The notes under the pieces are model-generated. The model had not been told where the DNA came from, did not search any database, and saw only the letters and a list, made by a program, of their open reading frames with translations. The position numbers and the translations under genes were made by a program. This document shows, piece after piece, positions 44,677 through 52,589 of a DNA stretch of 64,000 nucleotides; position 1 is the stretch's first letter, and the number at the start of each line of letters is the position of its first letter. This stretch comes from Candidatus Omnitrophota bacterium (GTDB taxonomy: Bacteria; Omnitrophota; Gorgyraeia; VGKH01). Location: contig JAKLEP010000001.1 in assembly GCA_022703055.1 (NCBI GenBank), positions 154,850 through 218,849 of the forward strand. The letters run 5' to 3'.

Positions 44677-46512
44677 ATGCTAAAAGACATGAAACATTTG
44701 CTTAATTTTTTAAGTAAAAAGAGCAATTATGTTTTGCTTTACGATAATCGCAATGATGGTGAGCATTCGAATAGTTATTTATTTATTGATCCGATAGAGG
44801 TCATAAATTGTTTCGAAGGTAAATATCTAAAAGATTGTTTCGCGAAGTTGGAGACTTATTTAGACGGGGGTTATTACGCCGCCGGTTTTTTATCGTATGA
44901 AGCAGGGATATTTTTTGAAGATATTCTAAACAAGACTATTTCTGTAAAAAACGATTTTCCTCTTTTTTGGTTTGGAATTTATCAAAAACCAATTGTGTAT
45001 GAAGTTTTGAAGATTAAAGATGATTTTCAGCAAAGAGGATCAGGATACAAAATAAGTAAAGGCAGATTTAATACCGGCATGGAAGAGCACTCAAAGAATA
45101 TTAACAAGATAAAAAAGTATATCCAACAAGGCCAAACCTATCAGACAAATTATACGATTAAATATAAATTCTTGCTTCAAGGTTTAGTTAATAACTTTTT
45201 TGGCGACCTTTGTCGCAAACAGCACGTGCATTATGCGGCCCTGGTGGACACTAGAAGCCATAAAATCATTTCTCTTTCCCCGGAATTATTTTTTAAGCGC
45301 AAAGAAAATAAGGCAATCTTGAAGCCGATGAAAGGGACTCTCGATAGGGGGTTTAATTTGCGCGATGACAGCTACAAATCCGAAGCGCTAAAGAGCTCCT
45401 TTAAAGACCGCGCCGAGAATATTATGATTGTGGATTTAATCCGCAATGACATAGGCCGTGTTTCCGTCGGAGGCGGAGTTAAAACACAGAGTATATTCGA
45501 TGTAGAGAAATTCGATACCTTGTTCCAAATGACTTCCACGGTTTCGGCAAATCTAAAGGAAAATATTAGTTGGTTCGAGCTTTTTAAGAATATTTTCCCT
45601 TCGGGCTCGGTTACTGGCGCTCCCAAAATCCGCACTATGCAGATAATATCATCTATGGAGAAAGAACCGCGCAATATTTATACCGGCGGCATTGGGTTTA
45701 TGTCTCCTAAAAAAACAGGGGTTTTTAATGTTGCCATAAGGACTATTCTTTTTGATAAGAAATCCTCCAGAGCCGAAATGGGTATTGGAAGCGGGGTAGT
45801 CTGGGATTCAGACGCCAAGAAGGAATACGAAGAGTGTAAGTTAAAATCAAAATTTTTAACCGATAAATACAATGATTTCCAGTTAATCGAGACGATGTGC
45901 TGGCAATATGTTGATGGATTCCCTCTTTTAGATTATCATTTGAGCCGTCTGGAGCAATCCGCTGCATATTTCGGTTTTTTATTCGATAAAAAGGAAATAA
46001 TCAAAAAACTGGATAAAAAGGCTAGTTCATTTGATAGGAGGCAAAAATATCGCATAAGACTTCTTTTGTATCAAGGCGGCAAAATTAAAATTGAATCAAG
46101 AATTCTATCCGGCTTAAATGGCCATAATCTGATAGCTTTTTCAAATAGAAGGACTGACTCTAGCGATCGCTTCCTTTTTCATAAAACTACCCAAAGAAAA
46201 CTTTACAATGAGGAATACGCAAGATGTAGCCGGAAAGGATATTTCGATGTGATATTTTCAAATGAAAAGAACGAAATTACCGAAGGAGCGATTTCTAATA
46301 TTTTCATCGAGAAAAACGGGATTTTCTATACTCCCCCGCTAGCGTGCGGAGTTTTAGGTGGAACTTATAGAAGTTTCCTTATAAAAACGAAAAAATTCCC
46401 CGTTGTTGAGAAGATTTTGTATAAGAATGATATAATAAATGCAGACAGAGTTTATCTTACTAATGCACTGCGTGGTATGGTAGAGGCAAAAGTAGTTAAT
46501 AAATCGAAATAA
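44677..46512 (+). CDS. Fusion: aminodeoxychorismate synthase component I (PabB) + aminodeoxychorismate lyase-like class IV aminotransferase (PabC)
   Basis: Chorismate-binding motifs (PSGSVTGAPKIRTMQII, GGIG). C-terminal roughly 200 aa has a class IV aminotransferase-like fold sequence. Confidence 0.8.
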   Translation: MLKDMKHLLNFLSKKSNYVLLYDNRNDGEHSNSYLFIDPIEVINCFEGKYLKDCFAKLETYLDGGYYAAGFLSYEAGIFFEDILNKTISVKNDFPLFWFGIYQKPIVYEVLKIKDDFQQRGSGYKISKGRFNTGMEEHSKNINKIKKYIQQGQTYQTNYTIKYKFLLQGLVNNFFGDLCRKQHVHYAALVDTRSHKIISLSPELFFKRKENKAILKPMKGTLDRGFNLRDDSYKSEALKSSFKDRAENIMIVDLIRNDIGRVSVGGGVKTQSIFDVEKFDTLFQMTSTVSANLKENISWFELFKNIFPSGSVTGAPKIRTMQIISSMEKEPRNIYTGGIGFMSPKKTGVFNVAIRTILFDKKSSRAEMGIGSGVVWDSDAKKEYEECKLKSKFLTDKYNDFQLIETMCWQYVDGFPLLDYHLSRLEQSAAYFGFLFDKKEIIKKLDKKASSFDRRQKYRIRLLLYQGGKIKIESRILSGLNGHNLIAFSNRRTDSSDRFLFHKTTQRKLYNEEYARCSRKGYFDVIFSNEKNEITEGAISNIFIEKNGIFYTPPLACGVLGGTYRSFLIKTKKFPVVEKILYKNDIINADRVYLTNALRGMVEAKVVNKSK

Positions 46513-46513
46513 G

Positions 46514-46804
46514 ATGAGAATTAACCTTGTTGGGCTTTGTATAGTATGCATGGGCAAGGGCATATTTCTTTCGAAAAAATGCTCTGAATGTAACGGAAAA
46601 GGTGGTACAATTATAAGGTGTTCGCAAGCAGCGAAAGATTTGTTTTTCGCAAAGCTAAACCTTTTTAGCGAACAGGAAATAGCTCTTTTTGAAAATTATT
46701 CCCAAGGGCTTTCTCACGAACAGATTGCAACCGCTATGGATATACCATCTAGCAAAGTAGTGAGCGTCCTTTATTCGATAGAAAGTAAATTAAATAAAAG
46801 CTAG
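46514..46804 (+). CDS. Small protein: two DnaJ-type CxxCxGxG zinc-finger motifs + LuxR/sigma70-region-4-type HTH
   Basis: CIVCMGKG and CSECNGKG. Then LFSEQEIALFENYSQGLSHEQIATAMDIPSSKVVSVLYSIESKL. Confidence 0.6.
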   Translation: MRINLVGLCIVCMGKGIFLSKKCSECNGKGGTIIRCSQAAKDLFFAKLNLFSEQEIALFENYSQGLSHEQIATAMDIPSSKVVSVLYSIESKLNKS

Positions 46805-46825
46805 AAAGTCTTGAAAGGGGGAGGC

Positions 46826-47200
46826 ATGCTATATTTTCTTTATCTAATTGCGTTTCTGTGGTTGGTTGTTGGTCTTTCATTGTTGGTTCTTCCGGAACTG
46901 GTGCGAAAGGCGTATTTAAGAAAAGTGGCAAAAGTCGCAGTCATAAAAATCATAGCTATTGTGCCTATGTCAGTAGGTATTCTGTTCTTTTTATCGACAA
47001 ACAACTTATTGGTTGATGGGTTTGGTTATGCCATGGGTCTTGTAGCGTTGTTCAAAGGCCTCACTTTCTTGTTGGTTAAAAAGGAAAGAATGACACAGGT
47101 AATTAATTGGTGGGTCGAGGCGCCTTCAGAAGTCTTAAGAATGGGAGGAGTTTTATTACTTGCCTTGGCACTGACCCTTTTAAGTTTGATAGTAAGATAA
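46826..47200 (+). CDS. Hypothetical 4-TM membrane protein
   Basis: Hydrophobic throughout. G-rich SD (AAGGGGGAGG) before the ATG at 46826. The listed ORF starts at TTG 46811. Confidence 0.45.
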   Translation: MLYFLYLIAFLWLVVGLSLLVLPELVRKAYLRKVAKVAVIKIIAIVPMSVGILFFLSTNNLLVDGFGYAMGLVALFKGLTFLLVKKERMTQVINWWVEAPSEVLRMGGVLLLALALTLLSLIVR

Positions 47201-47231
47201 AATTATTATAGAATTATTTATCGTCTGAAAA

Positions 47232-48368
47232 TTGGAACAAGTCGACATTGTTGTTATAGGAGCGGGTGTCATTGGCTTGGCCGTTAGCGCCGAGCTTTCT
47301 GTATATGGGCGTTCGCTCTACTGCATTGAGAGACATAATTCTTTCGGCCAAGAAACAAGTTCCAGGAATAGTGAAGTAATCCACGCTGGTATTTATTATC
47401 CCAAAGAATCTCTGAAGGCGCGTAGCTGCATTGAAGGCAATAAGTTATTATACGAGCTGTGTATAAAAAATAAAATTCCCCACCGACAAACACAAAAACT
47501 AATTGTCGCAACTTCCGATGCCGAAATCGCCGATTTAAAGGATCTGTTTAAAAAAGGAACAGATAACGGAGTAAGCGGTTTACGGCTTATTGACAAAAAA
47601 GAAATCAGCCGTATCGAACCCGAGGTAAAAGCTGCCGCCGCCTTAGTTTCTCCTTCCACCGGGATAATAGATTCGCACCGGTTTATGCAGTTTCTTGTCA
47701 GCAGGATGAAAGATAATAATGCCGAAGTAATTTATAATTCTGAGGTAGCTAAAATACAAAAGACCGGTAGTAATTATAAAATAACCATAAAGGAACAAAA
47801 ATCAGAGGAATTTAGTTTTGAATCCCGCATTGTGATTAATAGCGCAGGCCTTGAGTCAGACACGATCGCTAGCAAAGTCGGTATTGATATTGAAAGTAAA
47901 GGCTACAGGCTTAAATATTGTAAGGGACAGTATTTTAGGGTAATCGATTCTCTAAAATCAAAAATGGTTAACCGATTAATTTATCCTGTGCCCAAGCCAA
48001 AATCGGCAGGCTTAGGGATACATGCGACACCGGATTTAGCGGGTAGCCTTCGCCTCGGTCCCGACGACAAATATATAGGTAGAGACCAGATAAATTTTGA
48101 TGTTGATATTAACCAAAGGGATAAATTTCTAGATAGCGCCAGGAATTTTCTTCCCTTTCTGGAGAAAGGCGATCTTATCCCCGACACATCCGGAATAAGG
48201 CCTAAACTCCAAGGCGAAGGAGAGGACTTTAGGGATTTTGTGGTTAAGGAAGAAACCGATTCGGGGTTTCCCGGATTTGTAAATCTTGTAGGAATAGAAT
48301 CGCCTGGCTTAACGGCTTGCCTTTCTATAGCTAAATATACAAAAAAATTAATTAATCATTTATTATAG
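47232..48368 (+). CDS. FAD-dependent oxidoreductase (L-2-hydroxyglutarate oxidase/DAO-like)
   Basis: TTG start. Dinucleotide-binding VVIGAGVIGLA followed by ETSSRNSEVIHAGIYY. Confidence 0.72.
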   Translation: MEQVDIVVIGAGVIGLAVSAELSVYGRSLYCIERHNSFGQETSSRNSEVIHAGIYYPKESLKARSCIEGNKLLYELCIKNKIPHRQTQKLIVATSDAEIADLKDLFKKGTDNGVSGLRLIDKKEISRIEPEVKAAAALVSPSTGIIDSHRFMQFLVSRMKDNNAEVIYNSEVAKIQKTGSNYKITIKEQKSEEFSFESRIVINSAGLESDTIASKVGIDIESKGYRLKYCKGQYFRVIDSLKSKMVNRLIYPVPKPKSAGLGIHATPDLAGSLRLGPDDKYIGRDQINFDVDINQRDKFLDSARNFLPFLEKGDLIPDTSGIRPKLQGEGEDFRDFVVKEETDSGFPGFVNLVGIESPGLTACLSIAKYTKKLINHLL

Positions 48369-48376
48369 ATTTAATT

Positions 48377-48571
48377 ATGGCAGAATATATATGTCCGAAT
48401 TGCAAGAAACCAATTTATGACGACGAGGCGTTGCTTTGCCTTTATTGCGGCGAAAGCCTAAGAAGATCCACAGGTTTTATAGGCAGGCTTAAATATTCTG
48501 GTTTCAAGCTCATTGTAGTTATGGTTATCTTGATTGTTGCCGTAGCATTTCTGTTATTGGTTATAAGATAG
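48377..48571 (+). CDS. Zinc-ribbon protein with C-terminal TM anchor
   Basis: CPNC...CLYCG followed by a hydrophobic helix. Confidence 0.5.
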   Translation: MAEYICPNCKKPIYDDEALLCLYCGESLRRSTGFIGRLKYSGFKLIVVMVILIVAVAFLLLVIR

Positions 48572-48585
48572 AACGGAAGGAAAAT

Positions 48586-48978
48586 ATGCTTAGCAAAATT
48601 GCGTTGTTTTTCAGTTTTCTGGTTTTACTTTCTAGCTGTTCGATAATTACTCGTACTAATCAAATGCTGACATTAAAAAGCTTAGGTGATGACCAGGCGC
48701 TTCAGACAAAATTCTTAAAACAGCAGGAAAAGAATTTCCAGCTACTGCTTTCTGATGTGCAAAATGGCATATTAAAGAAGGGCGCTACTCGTAAAGATAT
48801 GCTTTCTCGGTATGGCGAGCCTATAGCTATAAAAGAGATGACAAAAGATTCTCTGTTTGCAGAGCAGTTTGTCTATCGGCATCCAGAGCAATTTTTTGAC
48901 TCCGAGAAAGTTTACCTATTTTTTGACAAAGACCAGGCATTGGCAGAATGGAAATACGAACCTGCCCCAGAAAAATAA
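48586..48978 (+). CDS. Hypothetical lipoprotein
   Basis: Lipobox LLSSC. SD GGAAGGA upstream. Confidence 0.55.
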   Translation: MLSKIALFFSFLVLLSSCSIITRTNQMLTLKSLGDDQALQTKFLKQQEKNFQLLLSDVQNGILKKGATRKDMLSRYGEPIAIKEMTKDSLFAEQFVYRHPEQFFDSEKVYLFFDKDQALAEWKYEPAPEK

Positions 48979-48983
48979 AGCAA

Positions 48984-49790
48984 ATGCCAAAAATTGTAAT
49001 TTATTTAATTTTATTTTGTATTTTTGTATTTGTTTTCGCCAGATACATCGAGCTTCGCAGCATTTTCTTCCCCATGAAGCAAATCGAGATTACTCCGCAG
49101 CAAGAAGGCCTTGTCTTTGAAGACATTTATTTTAAGACTGAGGACGGAATAAATTTAAATGGTTGGTTGGTTAAGAATCCTAAAGCTAAGGCCACGATTT
49201 TATTTTTCCACGGTAATGCCGGGAATATCAGCCATCGGATAGAAAAAATAATAATATTTAACCAGCTAGGTTTTAATGTCTTTATAATTGATTATCGCGG
49301 CTATGGCAGGAGCCAAGGCAAACCTTCGGAGAGCGGTATCTATAAGGATGCAAGGGCGGCCTTTGATTATCTATCCAGCCGCCCGGACATCAATAAAAAT
49401 AAGATAATCGATTACGGCGAATCAATCGGCGGAGCGGTAGCCGTAGATTTGGCCGCCAAAAGAGACGTCGCCTGCCTAATCGTAGATTCATCGTTTAGTT
49501 CTGCCAAGGATCTGGCAAGAAAATTCTATCCTTTTATTCCGTCATTTTTATTCATGACGAAATTTGATTCGGTAAATAAGGTAAAAACCATAAAATCACC
49601 CAAGCTTTTTATCCATAGCATTAACGATGAGATCGTGCCTTTTGAATTAGGTCAGAAGCTTTACCAGGAGGCTATCCCCCCAAAAGAATTTTTTCAAATT
49701 CACGGCAGCCATAACAGCGGTTTTCTAGAATCTAAAGATAAAATTGTAGAAAAACTTAAAATTTTCCTGGGAAACCTTGATTTAATTTAA
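48984..49790 (+). CDS. Alpha/beta hydrolase (membrane-anchored)
   Basis: N-terminal TM helix, HGNAGN oxyanion region, nucleophile elbow GESIGG. The ATG at 48984 avoids overlap with the upstream gene (listed ORF starts at 48948). Confidence 0.75.
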   Translation: MPKIVIYLILFCIFVFVFARYIELRSIFFPMKQIEITPQQEGLVFEDIYFKTEDGINLNGWLVKNPKAKATILFFHGNAGNISHRIEKIIIFNQLGFNVFIIDYRGYGRSQGKPSESGIYKDARAAFDYLSSRPDINKNKIIDYGESIGGAVAVDLAAKRDVACLIVDSSFSSAKDLARKFYPFIPSFLFMTKFDSVNKVKTIKSPKLFIHSINDEIVPFELGQKLYQEAIPPKEFFQIHGSHNSGFLESKDKIVEKLKIFLGNLDLI

Positions 49791-49807
49791 GATTTCGGAG
49801 GATATCC

Positions 49808-50206
49808 GTGAAAGAATCATATTTAGAAAAAAAGATTTATTACCATGATACCGATTGCGGCGGCGTAGTTTATTATGCCAATTATCTAAAATATCTTGAG
49901 GAAGCCAGGACCGTGTTATTTTCCGAAAGAGGCATCGAAATTACGGAATGTGTCCAGAAAGGCACGAATTTTGTTGTGGCGCATGTAGACATTGACTATA
50001 AAGCCCCCGCCCATTACGGAGATAAAATTAGGATAATTAGTCGTATCGAGAAATTGGGTAAATCTTCAATCTATTTCTACCAGGAAGTTAAAAAAGATGA
50101 ATCTGTTCTAATTAAGGCCATTGTCGTTCTTGCCTGCGTAGGATTGAACCTGAAGCCGAAATCCATGCCCGAAGAGATGAGAAAATCTTTAGAGGAGGAG
50201 TCATGA
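49808..50206 (+). CDS. Acyl-CoA thioesterase (YbgC/4HBT family)
   Basis: YYHDTDCGGVVYYANYLKYLEEAR hot-dog motif. GTG start with SD GGAGG. Confidence 0.8.
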   Translation: MKESYLEKKIYYHDTDCGGVVYYANYLKYLEEARTVLFSERGIEITECVQKGTNFVVAHVDIDYKAPAHYGDKIRIISRIEKLGKSSIYFYQEVKKDESVLIKAIVVLACVGLNLKPKSMPEEMRKSLEEES

Positions 50207-50493
50207 GCGAAATTCAAGTCCAGAAGCTAGATAAAAATAAAATGAAACAATTAAATATACCTGAGACTGCGAAAAATACAGGCGTCTGGTCGGTTTGGGA
50301 GTGCGAGCCGTCGACTTTTGATTGGCAGTATTCCGACCAGGAAATCTGTTATATATATGAAGGGAAAGTCACGGTTAAAACTCCTAAGGGCGATACCAGG
50401 TTTCAGGCTGGAGATTTGGTGATATTCCCCAAAGGCTTGAAATGTCAATGGCAGGTTCACGACAAAGTGAGAAAGGTATATAAATTTGAATAA
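50203..50493 (+). CDS. Cupin domain protein (DUF861-like)
   Basis: W.CEPS.F.W.Y...E.CYI.EG.V.V ... GD.V.FP.G motif pattern. Confidence 0.65.
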   Translation: MSEIQVQKLDKNKMKQLNIPETAKNTGVWSVWECEPSTFDWQYSDQEICYIYEGKVTVKTPKGDTRFQAGDLVIFPKGLKCQWQVHDKVRKVYKFE

Positions 50494-51541
50494 AACCGCT
50501 TTGGATTTATTGGAGATAGACGGAGATTATCTGGAAGGTGGCGGACAGATCTTGCGTACGGCAGCAGGTCTTTCTTGCATTACGGGAAGGCCAATCAGAG
50601 TAAAGAATATCCGCGCCAGGCGCTCTGAACCAGGCCTCAAAGCCCAGCATCTAAATACCTTAAATACATTAGCCAAACTCTTTGATGCCGATACCGAAGG
50701 CCTGGAGATGAATTCGCAGGAGATTACTTTCTTGCCTCGACGGGATAAGGCCTTAAGACAGACTTTGGATATAGATATCGGAACCGCCGGAGCAATAGGG
50801 CTTTTGTTACAGCCGCTTTTATTAGTAGCCGCTTTTAAATCCGAAGGATTATCTTTGAATATCAAAGGCGGGACTTGCGGTTTAGGCGCGGTTCCAATTG
50901 ATTATTATCCTAATTGCATATTTCCGATTTTAGCCAAATCCGGGCTTCGCGCAGAATTGAAGATTTTTAGAAGAGGATATTACCCGCAAGGCGGAGGCGA
51001 AGTATCGGTTAGTATTGAACCTATAAAATATCCTAAACCCATAGATTTGACCCAGCAGGGCGTGCTTAAAAGAATTTCCGGCCTAAGCGTTGCTTCCCGC
51101 GATCTAATCAAAAAAGATGTAGCCCAGAGACAGGCAAAAGCTGCAAGAGAGTTCTTGGAGGATAAATTTTCATGCCCTATAGGAATCAGCGCAGAATACG
51201 TCGAGACTTATTCTGTAAGCTCGGAGATAAATCTTTATGCGCATATGAATGAGAGAATTATTTTAGGCGCGGATTCCAGAGGAGAAATAACAAAACCTTC
51301 TGAGGTAGTGGGTAGGCAGGCAGCCCAGATTTTATTAGACGAAATTAATTCTGGTGCCGCCTGCGATACGCATTTGGCAGATAATATTATCCCTTGGCTT
51401 TCTGTTCTGGGAGGAGAAATAAGGGTTTCTCAGATTAGTAGCCATACCCAGACCAATATCTGGGTTGCCGAGCAATTTTTCGGTAAAATATTCAGAATAG
51501 AAGGCAATACGATTTTAGTCGATAACAATGAGGCCGTATAA
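50486..51541 (+). CDS. rtcA: RNA 3'-terminal phosphate cyclase
   Basis: IDG...EGGGQILRTA N-terminus and about 350 aa length. TTG start overlaps the upstream stop. Confidence 0.82.
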   Translation: MNKTALDLLEIDGDYLEGGGQILRTAAGLSCITGRPIRVKNIRARRSEPGLKAQHLNTLNTLAKLFDADTEGLEMNSQEITFLPRRDKALRQTLDIDIGTAGAIGLLLQPLLLVAAFKSEGLSLNIKGGTCGLGAVPIDYYPNCIFPILAKSGLRAELKIFRRGYYPQGGGEVSVSIEPIKYPKPIDLTQQGVLKRISGLSVASRDLIKKDVAQRQAKAAREFLEDKFSCPIGISAEYVETYSVSSEINLYAHMNERIILGADSRGEITKPSEVVGRQAAQILLDEINSGAACDTHLADNIIPWLSVLGGEIRVSQISSHTQTNIWVAEQFFGKIFRIEGNTILVDNNEAV

Positions 51542-51659
51542 GAAGCCAAAATACAAAATCGATCCTACCAAAATCGTCGTGAAAAAAGACCAGGATCTTT
51601 CCGAAGAAGACTTGTATCAGGAGATGTTGCGCTCCAAAACCAGGCTTAGACGCAAATGA
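51528..51659 (+). CDS. Possible 43-aa basic peptide bridging rtcA and the next gene
   Basis: The ATG overlaps the rtcA 3' end and the TGA overlaps the next ATG (ATGA at 51656-51659). Translates to MRPYKKPKYKIDPTKIVVKKDQDLSEEDLYQEMLRSKTRLRRK. Confidence 0.35.
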   Translation: MRPYKKPKYKIDPTKIVVKKDQDLSEEDLYQEMLRSKTRLRRK

Positions 51660-52588
51660 CAAAAAATAAAACCCAGGATGTTTTAGAAGAGATTTATCAA
51701 AAATTATTTTCCCGCTTCGGAAAACAGCATTGGTGGCCGGCACAAGCACCGTTTGAAGTGATCGTCGGTGCAATATTGACCCAGAATACCAATTGGGGCA
51801 ATGTCGAGAAGGCGATTGCCAATCTGAAAAAAAGTAATTTGCTTAAGCCAAGAAAGATAAAAGAAATTCCGATAAAGAGGTTGGCGAAATTAATCCGCCC
51901 CTCTGGCTATTACAATGTAAAAGCTAAAAGGATTAAAAGTTTTGTTGATTTTCTGTTTAAGGAATATCATGGTTCTTTAAAAAATATGTTTGAGGATGAT
52001 TATCTGAAATTACGGGCTAAATTGCTGAATGTAAAAGGTATCGGCCTTGAGACTGCCGATTCGATTTTATTGTATGCCGGTGAAAAACCGATTTTTGTCG
52101 TCGACGCCTACACCAGGCGAGCGCTTTTAAGGCATAATCTTATTGAGAAAGCCGCAAGTTATTCTCAGATCCAGAATCTTTTTATGGACAATTTGTCTTG
52201 CGATGTCAAATTATTCAATGAATACCATGCGCTTATTGTAAAATTAGCCAAAACTCTTTGCAAAAAAGTTCCTCAATGCCACATCTGCCCCCTGAAGGAG
52301 GTAAACAGGGAAATTAAGCATGTTTGCGATTCTTGCGGCAAGAATTTAGAGAAGCCCATCGATAGATATATCCTGAAGATAGAGCTTTATGCTTCGCCGG
52401 AAGTAGAATTTACCAAAGAAGATTTTAAAAAAGACACTCAGAAGCAAATCAGAGAACTTATAGAACAAATGAAGGATATAGATCCCAAGCAATTGGAAGA
52501 AGATGTACATGTATTTTATAAACTAACCTTATGTAAGCGCTGCCGCGATACTTTCCTGCAGCGCATAAAAAATAAAGAATTTGTTTAA
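51656..52588 (+). CDS. Endonuclease III-related HhH-GPD protein with C-terminal Cys4 extension
   Basis: WWPA...FEVIVGAILTQNT.W, HhH LLNVKGIGLETADSILLY and VVDAYT motifs. The extra roughly 90 aa carries CDSC...CKRC. Confidence 0.75.
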   Translation: MTKNKTQDVLEEIYQKLFSRFGKQHWWPAQAPFEVIVGAILTQNTNWGNVEKAIANLKKSNLLKPRKIKEIPIKRLAKLIRPSGYYNVKAKRIKSFVDFLFKEYHGSLKNMFEDDYLKLRAKLLNVKGIGLETADSILLYAGEKPIFVVDAYTRRALLRHNLIEKAASYSQIQNLFMDNLSCDVKLFNEYHALIVKLAKTLCKKVPQCHICPLKEVNREIKHVCDSCGKNLEKPIDRYILKIELYASPEVEFTKEDFKKDTQKQIRELIEQMKDIDPKQLEEDVHVFYKLTLCKRCRDTFLQRIKNKEFV

Positions 52589-52589
52589 A

